A DNA stretch of 64,000 nt from assembly GCA_963708025.1 (NCBI GenBank), contig CAVPSB010000015.1, forward strand, positions 64,001 through 128,000. Reading direction: 5' to 3'. This DNA comes from an uncultured Candidatus Rokubacteria bacterium (GTDB lineage Bacteria; Methylomirabilota; Methylomirabilia; Rokubacteriales; DASRDR01). Position numbers and translations under genes: made by a program. Positions 10,882 through 22,085 of the stretch are shown here, piece after piece (the first letter of the stretch is position 1; the number at the start of each line of letters is the position of its first letter). The notes beneath the pieces are model-generated. The model searched no databases. It was not told where the DNA came from and saw only the letters and a program-made list of their open reading frames with translations.

Positions 10882-11313
10882 TCAGCGGACCAGTGCGTTC
10901 AGCCGATTCTGGCGCGCCTGGCGATTCCGCTCCAGCACCTCGTAGATCGCGCCGAGGTCGGCCTTGATCCGCTCGGCCTCGCGGGAGCGCAGGTCCCGCT
11001 CGGCCAGCACGAGAAGGCTCGTCTTCTTGAGGGCCTGGAGGACTTCCTCCTGCTGCTTGCGAAGCTCGTCGAGCAGCCGGTCGATCTTGGCCGGGGCCGG
11101 CAACGCTCGTGGCTTCGCCGCCGGTCTCCCGTCCGTCTTGGCCCCGTTCGACGGAGCCGTCGCGGGTCTGGCCGCATGACCGTTGTGTCGCGCCGCCTCG
11201 TGTCGGCCGCGAGCCGCTGGCCAGTTGGTCTCGAAGCCGCACGAGAAGCGGCACACGTAGGTCTTCGAGCGGTCGATCCGAGTCTTGCTGTCCGTTGCGT
11301 GGTCGGTTGTCAT
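10882..11313 (-). CDS. Hypothetical protein with C2H2-type zinc-finger motif and C-terminal coiled coil
   Basis: YVC-RFS-C-x12-H-x4-H; heptad-rich helical C-terminus; RBS GAGGGA; typical codon usage. Confidence 0.65.
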   Translation of the reverse strand: MTTDHATDSKTRIDRSKTYVCRFSCGFETNWPAARGRHEAARHNGHAARPATAPSNGAKTDGRPAAKPRALPAPAKIDRLLDELRKQQEEVLQALKKTSLLVLAERDLRSREAERIKADLGAIYEVLERNRQARQNRLNALVR

Positions 11314-11485
11314 GTTCCCTCATCCTGCTTGTTCATTGCCTCGGTCCAGGGGAAGCCAAGTCTGGGGCGTGTGGGCACAACTGGCTGATGACGGGTAGTG
11401 TACCATCCGGAGGCCACCGCCGGGGGGAGCCCGATCGGACTCGAGGAGTGGCCCGGTTCTGGAGGGCGAGGAGGTCGGAGGCACG

Positions 11486-11869
11486 GTGAGTTCCGGGGAG
11501 GCCGGATTCACCCCGCCCGAGCCCGACCCATCGGACGTTCCCGTCCTCGTCGACGCGGAGAACGTTCGCCGCTCCGTGTGGCCGAACATCTCTGCCCGGC
11601 GCCTGGCCGACCTGTGCGCCGGGTGGGCGGAGCAGCGCGGTCGCCGGGTGGTCCTCGTCTTCGACGGCGGAAGCCCGGAAGGACGCGGGCGCTGCGAGAC
11701 GGTGGCGGCCCCGAACGCGGACGACTGGATCGCGGATGCCGCCTCGAGGCTCGACCGCTACTGGCTCGTCACGTCCGACCGCGAGCTGCGGAGGAGGGCG
11801 GGCGAGCGAGCGGCGAGGGTGATCGGCGGCGGCGCGTTCGCCCGGGAGCTAGTGGGCGGGGGCCGATGA
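11486..11869 (+). CDS. NYN/PIN-like (YacP-type) domain protein
   Basis: Acidic motifs VLVDAENV, LVFDG, ADDWI, LVTSDREL; RBS GGAGG. Confidence 0.75.
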   Translation: MSSGEAGFTPPEPDPSDVPVLVDAENVRRSVWPNISARRLADLCAGWAEQRGRRVVLVFDGGSPEGRGRCETVAAPNADDWIADAASRLDRYWLVTSDRELRRRAGERAARVIGGGAFARELVGGGR

Positions 11870-12077
11870 GCGTCGCAACGTTCATCTCGGTCGTGACGCC
11901 CTCGGCCTACGGCCTCGGGCCCGTCTCGACCTATGGTCGTCGTTCGGACGGCCTTCGGCCTTTGGGGTCGTCGCCGATCCTCGGCGTACTCGGAGTACGC
12001 CTGCGGCCGGCGACTCCCTGCGTCCTAGCGCTGCTCGCTCCTCGGCCCCGCCCCCAAGAACGTGACTGATACGCTGA
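11868..12077. repeat. Structured ~210-bp intergenic repeat / MITE-like element
   Basis: Imperfect ends AGCGT..ACGTTC / GAACGT..ACGCT; internal hairpins GGCC-TTC-GGCC and GGCGTACT-CGG-AGTACGCC. Confidence 0.5.
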
Positions 12078-12166
12078 GGTTTCGCACCCCGAGGACTCTA
12101 GGATCACCGGCACGCTCGGCCAGTCATCCGGGCCGGGCGCCGAACGGGGTGGCCCGCGCGGCGCCG

Positions 12167-12718
12167 TCAGTCGAAGAGCGCGAGCGAGCCGTTCACCTGC
12201 GCGCCTTCGATCGAGAGGAGGCGGAGCTTCGTCCTGACGCCGCCGTTCGCGGAGAAGCCGCCGACCTTGCCGCCGGCCGCGAGCACGCGATGGCACGGCA
12301 CGACGATCGCGAACGGGTTTCTCCCGAGCGCCTGCCCCACGGCGCGCGCCGCCCCGGGCGCGCCGATCCGGGCCGCGATGTCGCCGTAGGACAGCGTCGC
12401 GCCCGGCGGAATGGCGCGCGCGACCTCGTAGACGCGGCGGTGGAACGACGGCACGTCGTCCATGTCGAGCGCGACGCCGGAAAGATCGCTCGCCTCGCCG
12501 CGGAGGAGCGCGACGATGCCGTCGAGCGCGCGCTGCACGTCGGGCGGCGGTGTCGCTTCGCGCGCGTGCGGAAACCGCCGGACCACCCGCGCGCGCGTCT
12601 GGGGCTCGCCCGCCTCCGGGAGCTGCACGCCGGCGACGCCGCGTCCGCTCCACGCGAGGCCGCACCGGCCGATGGCCGTGTCGAACAGCGTAAAGCCGAG
12701 TGCTGTCATGGTCGCCAC
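12167..12718 (-). CDS. ogt: Methylated-DNA--protein-cysteine S-methyltransferase
   Basis: SYGDIA, AARAVGQALGRNP, PCHRV active site. Confidence 0.93.
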   Translation of the reverse strand: MATMTALGFTLFDTAIGRCGLAWSGRGVAGVQLPEAGEPQTRARVVRRFPHAREATPPPDVQRALDGIVALLRGEASDLSGVALDMDDVPSFHRRVYEVARAIPPGATLSYGDIAARIGAPGAARAVGQALGRNPFAIVVPCHRVLAAGGKVGGFSANGGVRTKLRLLSIEGAQVNGSLALFD

Positions 12719-12719
12719 C

Positions 12720-13184
12720 TCACCGACCGCTCGGTGACGGCTGCCGCCACCCGCGGATCTGGGCCGTGTGCTCGCGATAGTGTCCCGGGCCGGCGCCGTC
12801 GAACGGCTCCCGGGCGGGGCCGCCCGGCTCGAAGTGCCGCTCCGGCACGGCGGCGGCGGCGCCGACGAACCGCCGGTGGGATGCGTCGAGCTCCGCGAGG
12901 ATCTCGGCGGTCTTCACGCCCGTCTTCTGGTCGACGAACCGCGCGTTCCAGCTGTCGAAGTCGTCGTACGTCCCCGCCGGGTACGGCGCCTCGCCCTTGG
13001 CGACCCGTCCGAGGGCCGGGATCATCACCTCGTGCCAGCCCGAAATGTGGATCAGGATCTCGCGCACGCCCCAGGTGCCGAGCCAGACGCGGCGCATCTC
13101 GTCGTCGGTCAGGCCGTCGATCGCCCGGCGCAGCTCGGTGAACTCCTCGTCCGCCTCCCGCAGCAGCGTGGCCTTGTCGCTCAT
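12720..13184 (-). CDS. DinB/ClbS-DfsB-like four-helix bundle protein
   Basis: WGVREILIHISGWH, DSWNA, HYREH metal-binding pattern; RBS GGAGG. Confidence 0.75.
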   Translation of the reverse strand: MSDKATLLREADEEFTELRRAIDGLTDDEMRRVWLGTWGVREILIHISGWHEVMIPALGRVAKGEAPYPAGTYDDFDSWNARFVDQKTGVKTAEILAELDASHRRFVGAAAAVPERHFEPGGPAREPFDGAGPGHYREHTAQIRGWRQPSPSGR

Positions 13185-13267
13185 CTGAACCTCCCGGCTC
13201 GAGTGGTCCTCGCTCCCCGTAGCATGAGACCCCGGCCGGACGCCGGCGTGAAATCCGGAGCGGCCGC

Positions 13268-13855
13268 TCAGCCCGGGGCCCCGGCGCCCGGGGGGCGGGA
13301 GCCGGGAGGAAACGGCCCGCCGGGACTGGCGCCCGCGGGCAGCGGCACCTCGAAGGCGTTCAGCACGAGGCCGATCATGGCGTAGTACCCGACCATCGTC
13401 ACCAGCTCGACCAGCCCGACCCGGCCCAGCTCGGCCTCGGCGCGCTGGAACTGCCCGTCGGTGAGGCGGCGCGCCCGGTAGAGGGTGCGCACGGTGTCGA
13501 TGATCACCGCCTCCCGGGGCGTGAGGCCGTCCGTGGGCCGGCCGTCGAGGATGCAGGCGATCGCCTGGGGCCGCGTCCCTTCCCGCTGGGCGATCGGCTC
13601 GTGGGCGGCCCACTCGTACGGGGAGCCCACCTCCCGGCCCGCGGCCAGGATGGCCAGCTCGCGCTCGGCCCCGGGCAGCGTCGAGTGGAACCGGACCTGC
13701 TCGCCGAGGGCGGCGACGCGGTCGGCCAGGATCGGGTAGTGCATCAGCACCCCGTAGGGGCCGCGGATGGCGCCGCGGGTGTCGGCGATCCGGTCGAAGA
13801 CCGCGCGGGCCTCCGCCGTCAGCTCCTCGCGTCTGGGCTCCGGGATCCGGGTCAT
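13268..13855 (-). CDS. Carboxymuconolactone decarboxylase (CMD/AhpD-like) family protein
   Basis: RGPYGVLMH, ERELAIL..YEWAAH, LVELVTMVGYY; ATGA overlap with upstream esterase. Confidence 0.8.
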   Translation of the reverse strand: MTRIPEPRREELTAEARAVFDRIADTRGAIRGPYGVLMHYPILADRVAALGEQVRFHSTLPGAERELAILAAGREVGSPYEWAAHEPIAQREGTRPQAIACILDGRPTDGLTPREAVIIDTVRTLYRARRLTDGQFQRAEAELGRVGLVELVTMVGYYAMIGLVLNAFEVPLPAGASPGGPFPPGSRPPGAGAPG

Positions 13856-14808
13856 GTCCGCTCCCTCAGCGCCTGGCGCAGCGCGCCGGCGATCAGCGTG
13901 ACTGCGTGCGACGCGGTGTCGATGAGCCGTCCCATCGGCACGAAGCCGTGGATCATCCCCCCGTAGCCGACGGAGTCCACGCGCACGCCCGCGTCCCGCA
14001 GGCGCCGGGCGTACGCTTCTCCCTCGTCCCGCAGGGGATCGAACCCGGCGGTGACGACGAGGGCCGGCGGCAGGCCGGCGAGCGACGGCGCGCGGAGCGG
14101 CGAGGCGCGCCAGTCGGCCGCCTCGCCCGGCGAGCCGAGGTAGTGCGCGATGAACCAGCGCATCGCGTCGCGGGTGAGGAGGTAGCCGTCGGCGAAGTCC
14201 CGGTACGACGCGCGTTTCGGCTGCCACGTCGGTGACCGGGTAGATCAGCGACCTGCAAGGCGATGGACGGCGCCCCGGTGTCGCGCGCCAGCAGCGAGAC
14301 GACCGCGGCCAGGTTGCCGCCGGCGCTGTCGCCGCCGACGGCGAGGCGACTCGCGTCGAGGCCGAGCTCGGCAGCGTGGGCGACGATCCAGCGCGTGGCC
14401 GCCCAGGCGTCGTCGACGGCGGCGGGGAACTTGTGCTCGGGCGCCAGACGGTAGTCGACGGCGACCACGCTGGCGCCGGACTCGGCGGTGAGCTGGCGGC
14501 ACAGCACGTCGTGGGTGTCGAGGTCGCCGATCACCCAGCCGCCGCCGTGGAAGAAGACGCAGCGCCGGCAGCGGCGTCGCGGCGGGGACGCCCGCCGGCT
14601 GGTAGAGGCGCAGGGGGATCGGCCCGTGCGGGCCGTCCGCCGTCACGTTCCTCACGCTGCCGATCTCCGGCGGCGCCGGCGTCGAGGCAGGGCGCGTCTC
14701 GCGGAACAGCTGGCGGGCTTCCTTCGGCGCGAGCGTGTTGTACGCCGGGCGTCCCGACTTCACGGCGAGATCGATGACGGCCTTGGCCTGGGGATCGAGA
14801 GCGTTCAC
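13852..14808 (-). CDS. Alpha/beta hydrolase (HSL/acetyl-esterase family), three frameshifts (~14560, ~14250, ~14215)
   Basis: [32 protein letters not shown] and HGF are spread across ORFs 14245..14808, 13953..14534 and 13852..14163. Confidence 0.85.
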
Positions 14809-14833
14809 ATGGCACCTCCTCCGGAGCTCGTGA

Positions 14834-16199
14834 CTACGCGGATTGGCTCACGCGGCCGGGGACCTCGAGCCGCCGGAGCACCGGCGACCCGACCGCCGGG
14901 GCCGGCCCCTCACCGACGGTCACCGCGGCCCGCAGCGCCGCCGCCGCCGCCTCGGCGCGGTCTGACGACGACGCGTGGACCACGGCGATCGGCCGGTCGG
15001 GCCCCACGGCGTCCCCCGGGCCGCGCACCTCCGCGAGGCCCACCCGAGGATCGATGAAATCGTCGGCGCGGCGGCGGCCGCCGCCCAGCCCCACCACGAC
15101 GAGGCCGAGCGCCCGCGCGTCCACGGCCGTGACGACGCCGGGGCGGTCGGGGAGAACCGGAAGCTGCACCGGCGCCTCCGGCGGGCGTCGGTCCGGGCGA
15201 TCGACGATGTCCCGGGGGCCCCCGAGCGCCGCGATCATCCTGGCGAAGCGCTCGGCGGCGGCGCCCGAGGCCAGGGCCCGCTCCACCGCGCGCGCGGCCT
15301 CGCCGGGGTCGGCGGCCAGGCCGCCCAGGACGAGCAGCTCGCCGGCCAGAGCGGCGGTCACCGCCTGGAGCCGGGCTTCCCGGCGCCGGCCGGCCAGGAA
15401 GTCGATCGCCTCGCGCACCTCGAGCGCGTTCCCCACGTGGTGGCCGAGCACCTGGTTCATGTCGGTCAGCAGCGCGACCGTCCGGAGCCCCGCGTCGCGC
15501 GCGACCGCGATCAGGCTCTCGGCCAGCGCGGTCGCCTGCTCCGGCGTCGCCAGGAGGGCGCCGGAGCCGACCTTGACGTCCATGACGAGGGCATCGAGCC
15601 CCGCCGCCAGCTTCTTCGAGAGGATCGACGCGGTGATGAGCGGGATCGAGTCGTCGGTGGCGGTGACGTCGCGGATCGCGTAGAGGCGGCGGTCGGCGGG
15701 GGCCAGCTCGGCGCTCGGGCCGACGATGGCGCAGCCGGCGGCGCGAACGGCCGCCCGGAAGCGCGCGGGGTTCGGGGCGATCTCGTAGCCCAGGATGCTG
15801 CCGAGCTTGTCGAGCGTGCCCCCCGTGTGGCCGAGCCCCCGGCCCGAGATCATCGGCACGAAGCCCCCGCACGCCGCGACCACCGGAGCGAGGATGAGGC
15901 TGACCTTGTCCCCGACGCCCCCGGTCGAGTGCTTGTCCAGGATCGGGCCGCCGAGGTCGCTCGCGGGACCAGTCGAGGCGGGAGCCGGAGCGGGCCATGG
16001 CGCGGGTCAGCGCCGCGCACTCCGCCGAGGTCATGCCGCGGATGCACACGGCCATGGCGAAGGCGGCGACCTGGGCGTCGCTGAGGGCGCCGTGGGTGAT
16101 GCCCTTGACCAGGCCCGTGATCTCGTCGTCGGTCAGGGTGGCCCCGTCCCGCTTCCGGCGAATGAGCTCCGCCGTCGAGGGCCCGGCCCGTGGCGCCAC
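14834..16199 (-). CDS. deoA: Thymidine phosphorylase, frameshift near 15965
   Basis: [52 protein letters not shown]. Confidence 0.9.
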
Positions 16200-16200
16200 G

Positions 16201-16641
16201 TCAGGGAGCCGCGCCGGCCCCGGGGGGCGCCGGGGTGCCGGGCGGGGCGAGGGTATCCGGACCGAAGGCCAGCGGCAGGAGGTCGCCGAGCGTGGTGGTG
16301 ACCCGGACGCCCTCCGGCCCGCAGAGGTGGATGCGCGCGTCCGGACGCGCGAACTCGGCGAGCTGCTGGCGGCACCGGCCGCAGGGAGCGCAGAGCGCGG
16401 CGCCCTCGCTCACGATCACCGCCTCGACGATCTGCCGCTCGCCGGCGGCGACCATGGCGCCGATCGCGGTCGCCTCGGCGCACTGGCCGACCGGATAGGC
16501 CGCGTTCTCCACGTTGCAGCCCGCGTAGAGCCGACCGCTCCCGGCCCGGAGGCACGCCCCGACCCGGAAGCGCGAGTACGGCGCGTGGGCGTTCGCCAGG
16601 GCCCGGCGGGCCAGCTCCAGCATCGGCTCGACCGCGCTCAT
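16201..16641 (-). CDS. cdd: Cytidine deaminase
   Basis: APYSRFRVGA, GCNVENAAY, CAE, PCGRCRQ, LLPLAF. Confidence 0.95.
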   Translation of the reverse strand: MSAVEPMLELARRALANAHAPYSRFRVGACLRAGSGRLYAGCNVENAAYPVGQCAEATAIGAMVAAGERQIVEAVIVSEGAALCAPCGRCRQQLAEFARPDARIHLCGPEGVRVTTTLGDLLPLAFGPDTLAPPGTPAPPGAGAAP

Positions 16642-16644
16642 CGA

Positions 16645-16740
16645 TCGAGACCTCCCGCCACCCCCCCGTGGCCCCCCCTCCCCACCGATCGGACGGCCTT
16701 CGGCCTGTGGCGGGCGGAGGGGGGGCAGGAAACAGTGCCC
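16645..16740 (-). repeat. G-rich gene-junction repeat carrying the cdd RBS
   Basis: Contains GGCCGAAGGCCGTCC module and GGGGGGTGGCGGGAGGTCTCGAT end, shared with other junction copies. Confidence 0.7.
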
Positions 16741-16750
16741 TCGAACCGGC

Positions 16751-17725
16751 TCATCGCTCCTTCACGTAGGGGACGCCGATGGCCCGCGGCGCCACCGCGC
16801 GTCCCACGAAGCCGGCCAGGAGGCAGACCGTCAGCACGTAGGGAATCGCCTGGATGAGCTGGACCGGCACCACGCCGACGAGGGGGAGCGGCGTCCCCTG
16901 AAGGCGCGCCTGGACCGCGTCCGCGAAGGCGAAGAGGAGGCAGGCGGCGACCGTCGGCGCCGGGCGCCACTGCCCGAAGATCAGGGCGGCCAGGGCGAGG
17001 TACCCCTTGCCGGCCGACATGTCCCGGATGAAGGACGCGTGGTGGGCGATCGACAGGTACGCGCCCGACAGGCCGCAGAGCACGCCGCTCATGACGAGCG
17101 CCTGGTACCGCGTGGCGGCCACCGAGATCCCGGCGGTGTCGACGGCCCCCGGGCTCTCGCCCACGGCGCGCAGTCGCAGGCCGAAGCGCGTCCGGTACAC
17201 GAGCCAGGCCACGAAGGGGACGGCCGCCGCCGCCAGGTAGACGAGCAGGTTGTGGCCGCTCAGGACCTCGCCGTAGACGCGGCCGATTCCCGGCAGTCCC
17301 GCGAGCGCGGTGGCGCCCGGCAGGTCGATGGGCCCGAAACGCGCGCCGGCGCCGAGGAGCGGGGTCTGGCCGCCTTCCCGGAACCAGGCGTAGCCCAGCA
17401 CCACGGTCAGCCCCGACACGGTGATGTTGAGCGCCATGCCCGAGACCACCTGGTTGCCGTGGTGGGTCACGCAGGCGAAGCCGTGCATCACCGCCAGCAG
17501 GACCGCCGCCGCGATCCCCGCGGCGAGTCCGGCCCAGGCCGAGTCCGTGACCGCCGCGGTCGCGGCGGCCGCGAACGCCGAGGCCAGCATCTTGCCCTCC
17601 AGGGCGATGTCCACGACGCCCGAGCGCTCGGCGAAGAGCCCGCCGAGGGCCGCCAGCACGAGGGGGGCGGCTCCGCGGACGGTGGCGCTCGCCAGGAGGA
17701 CCAGGATCAGGAAGGCTTCACCCAT
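16751..17725 (-). CDS. Nucleoside ABC transporter permease
   Basis: ERSGVVDIALEGKM, RTRFGLRLRAVGE, GKGYLALAALIFG. Confidence 0.9.
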   Translation of the reverse strand: MGEAFLILVLLASATVRGAAPLVLAALGGLFAERSGVVDIALEGKMLASAFAAAATAAVTDSAWAGLAAGIAAAVLLAVMHGFACVTHHGNQVVSGMALNITVSGLTVVLGYAWFREGGQTPLLGAGARFGPIDLPGATALAGLPGIGRVYGEVLSGHNLLVYLAAAAVPFVAWLVYRTRFGLRLRAVGESPGAVDTAGISVAATRYQALVMSGVLCGLSGAYLSIAHHASFIRDMSAGKGYLALAALIFGQWRPAPTVAACLLFAFADAVQARLQGTPLPLVGVVPVQLIQAIPYVLTVCLLAGFVGRAVAPRAIGVPYVKER

Positions 17726-17730
17726 CGGCG

Positions 17731-18060
17731 TCACCCGCGAGCGTCGAGGGCCTCCGTGACGACGGCGGTTCCATAGCACAGGACTTCCGCCGCGCCGACC
17801 ATGGGCCCGGTGTCGTACCGCACGCCCACCACCGCGTTGGCGCCGAGCTCTCGGGCGTGCGCCACCATCAGTCGAAACGACTCCTCCCGGGCCGCCTCAC
17901 AGAGGTTCGTGAAGATCCCGGCTCTTCCCCCGAAGAGCGTGCGCAGGCCGCCCACGATGGTCACCGGCAGCGACCGGGTCCTGACGGTGAGCCCTCGAAC
18001 GAGACCGAGGCACCTGACGATCCGCACGCCGGGCAGCTCGAACGTCGTGCTGGTGAGCAT
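17731..18060 (-). CDS. YbjQ/UPF0145 family protein
   Basis: STTFELPG, LGLVRGLTVR, AREES..MVAHARELGANAVVGVRYD, EVLCYGTAV; RBS GGAGG. Confidence 0.9.
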   Translation of the reverse strand: MLTSTTFELPGVRIVRCLGLVRGLTVRTRSLPVTIVGGLRTLFGGRAGIFTNLCEAAREESFRLMVAHARELGANAVVGVRYDTGPMVGAAEVLCYGTAVVTEALDARG

Positions 18061-18154
18061 CGGCCCTCCCCTGGGCACGGGATGCTCCGCGCCGGGAGCG
18101 GGCCCCGGCGCCACCCGCGCCTCGCACGTGACCACGCTTCGCGCATCATTCGGG

Positions 18155-19267
18155 CTAGCCCCCCGCCCGGGCCGGTCGGCGGAACAACGCTTCGAGGGGT
18201 CCCCGGAGCGCGTACTCGAGGGCCCCGCAGACGAGGATGATCAGCCCCTGGATGACCACGACCATGTCGCGCGTCAGCTTCGGCATGTCGAACGACAGCT
18301 CGGACCCGCCCTGGTAGAGCGCCCCGAACAGGACGGCGGCCAGGACGATCCCGACCGGGTGGTTCCGGCCCATCAGCGCCACCGCGATGCCGACGAATCC
18401 CGCTCCCCCCGTGAAGTTGAGGAGCAGGCGGTGCTGGACGCCCATGACCTCGTTCAGGCTCATGAGCCCGGCCAGCGCCCCGGAAACGGACATGGCCACG
18501 ATCACCGTCCGGGCCGGCGGGATGCCCCCGTAGACGGCGGCCGCCTCGTTGTGGCCGAGGGCGCGCAGCTCGTAGCCCCAGCGCGTGTGCCAGAGATAGA
18601 GCCAGACCAGGCCACCGGCGGCCAGCGCGAAGAGGAACGACAGGTTGAGCGGCGAGCGGCCCATCTCCCAGCCCAGCGACCGCGCCAGGTCGTAGAGCTG
18701 GGGGAGCCAGGTGCTCGGGGCGAACTCCCGGGTCTCCGGCGACTGCTGGCCGGGCTTCATCATGACGTTGACCAGGAGGTAGGTCATCAGCGCCGAGGCG
18801 ATGAAGTTGAACATGATCGTCGTGATGACGACGTGGCTGCCCCGCCGGGCCTGGAGCCACCCCGGCACGAACGCCCAGGCGGCGCCGCCGGCCGCGGCCA
18901 CGACGATGGCGGCCGGCACGACCAGGACCGTCGGCCACCCGCCGGCCCCGAGGCAGAGGAGCGCCACGCCGAGGCCGGCGATGTAGGCCTGCCCCTCGGC
19001 GCCGATGTTGAAGAGCCCGCCATGGAAGGCGACGGCGACGGCCAGACCGGTGAAGACGAAGTTGGTCGCGTAGTAGAGCGTGTAGCCGACCGACTCGGCG
19101 TCGCCGAAGGCGCCCGTCGCGAGGAGGCGGAGGGCCCGGACCGGGCTCTCGCCGACCAGGAGGACGACCACCGCGGACAGGAGGAGCGCCAGAGCGAGGT
19201 TGACCGCCGGCAGCAGCGCCAGGGCGATCCAGTCGAACCCGGGGGAGGACCGGGCGGATCCGGTCAT
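18155..19267 (-). CDS. Nucleoside ABC transporter permease
   Basis: GLFNIGAEGQ, HVVITTIMFNFIA, GFVGIAVALMGRNHP. Confidence 0.9.
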   Translation of the reverse strand: MTGSARSSPGFDWIALALLPAVNLALALLLSAVVVLLVGESPVRALRLLATGAFGDAESVGYTLYYATNFVFTGLAVAVAFHGGLFNIGAEGQAYIAGLGVALLCLGAGGWPTVLVVPAAIVVAAAGGAAWAFVPGWLQARRGSHVVITTIMFNFIASALMTYLLVNVMMKPGQQSPETREFAPSTWLPQLYDLARSLGWEMGRSPLNLSFLFALAAGGLVWLYLWHTRWGYELRALGHNEAAAVYGGIPPARTVIVAMSVSGALAGLMSLNEVMGVQHRLLLNFTGGAGFVGIAVALMGRNHPVGIVLAAVLFGALYQGGSELSFDMPKLTRDMVVVIQGLIILVCGALEYALRGPLEALFRRPARAGG

Positions 19268-19365
19268 TTGAGTCCACCCCTACCTGTTCGACGGCCTTCG
19301 GCCTTTGGCGACCCCTCCCGACTGATCGGACGGCCTCCGGCCTGCGGCGGGGGGAGGGGGGGCAC
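19268..19365 (-). repeat. G-rich gene-junction repeat
   Basis: Two GGCC(G)(A/G)AGGCCGTC modules; CCAAAGGCCGAAGGCCGTCGAACAGGTAGG…ATG resembles 35672-35725. Confidence 0.7.
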
Positions 19366-19437
19366 CGCGCGGTGCCGACGCGGTCGGGGACCGGCGGCAG
19401 GCAGCGCCCGTCACTCGCCGGCCTGGCTCATGGTCCC

Positions 19438-21024
<1,587 letters not shown>

Positions 21025-21037
21025 CCGAGCGGCTTGG

Positions 21038-22030
21038 CTACTTGGCCATGTAGTCGGTGACCTTGATCTTGCCGGCCACGATGTCGGCGCGCGCCTGCTC
21101 CAGCCGCTTCTCCATCTCCGGGGTGATCAGCTTGCGGTTGTTCTCGTCGATCGCGTAGCCGACCCCGCCCTCGGCCACACCCAGGTTGCGCACGCCGGCC
21201 TTCCACGTCCCCTCCTTCGCGGTCTTGAAGGCCTCGTAGACGGAGAGGTCGACGCGCTTGATCATCGAGGTCAGGATCGAGCCCGGGTGGATGTGGTTCT
21301 GGTTCGAGTCCACGCCGATGGCCAGCTTCCCCTTGTCCTTGGCCGCCTGGAGCACGCCGAGCCCGGTGGCGCCGGCGGCCGCGTACACGACGTCGGCGCC
21401 GCGGTCGAACTGGCTCCGGGCCAGCTCGCCGCCCCGCGTCGGGTCGTTCCAGGCGGCCGGCGTGGTCCCGGTCATGTTCTGGAAGATCTCGATCCGGGGG
21501 TTGACGTACTTGGCCCCTTCCTCGTAGCCGAGGGCGAACCGGCGGATCAGGGGGATGTCCATGCCGCCGACGAACCCGACCTTGCCGGTCTTCGAGGCCA
21601 TCGCCGCCGCCATGCCCACCAGGAACGACCCCTCGTGCTCCTTGAAGACGAGCGACTGGACGTTGGGCAGGTCCACGACCGCGTCGATGATGGCGAACTT
21701 CACCGCCGGGAACTCCTTGGCCACCTTCTCCAGGCCGGTGGCCTGGGCGAAGCCGATCCCCACCACGATCTGGGAGCCCCGCCGCGCCATGTTGCGCAGC
21801 GCCTGCTCGCGCTGGGCCTCGTTGGTCACCTCGAAGTCGCGATACGCGATCCCCGTCTCCTTCTTGAAGCGCTCGGCGCCCTGGTAGGCGGCCTCGTTGA
21901 AGGACTTGTCGAACTTCCCGCCCATGTCGAACACGACGGCCGGGGCGAACTCCTGGGTCCCGGCCGGGCCCGCGAGGGCGAGGGCGGCGAGCACGAAGAC
22001 GGCGACCGCGATGCTTCCCGGCTTCTTCAT
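21038..22030 (-). CDS. BMP family nucleoside-binding protein
   Basis: Signal peptide; GGKFDKSFNE, FKEHEGSFLVG, AIGVDSNQ, TSMIKRVD; RBS AGGAGG. Confidence 0.92.
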   Translation of the reverse strand: MKKPGSIAVAVFVLAALALAGPAGTQEFAPAVVFDMGGKFDKSFNEAAYQGAERFKKETGIAYRDFEVTNEAQREQALRNMARRGSQIVVGIGFAQATGLEKVAKEFPAVKFAIIDAVVDLPNVQSLVFKEHEGSFLVGMAAAMASKTGKVGFVGGMDIPLIRRFALGYEEGAKYVNPRIEIFQNMTGTTPAAWNDPTRGGELARSQFDRGADVVYAAAGATGLGVLQAAKDKGKLAIGVDSNQNHIHPGSILTSMIKRVDLSVYEAFKTAKEGTWKAGVRNLGVAEGGVGYAIDENNRKLITPEMEKRLEQARADIVAGKIKVTDYMAK

Positions 22031-22085
22031 GGTCCAGACCTCCTGTGTGTCGATGGTCTCCGGGGCGGGGCCGCGACCGCGGCCC

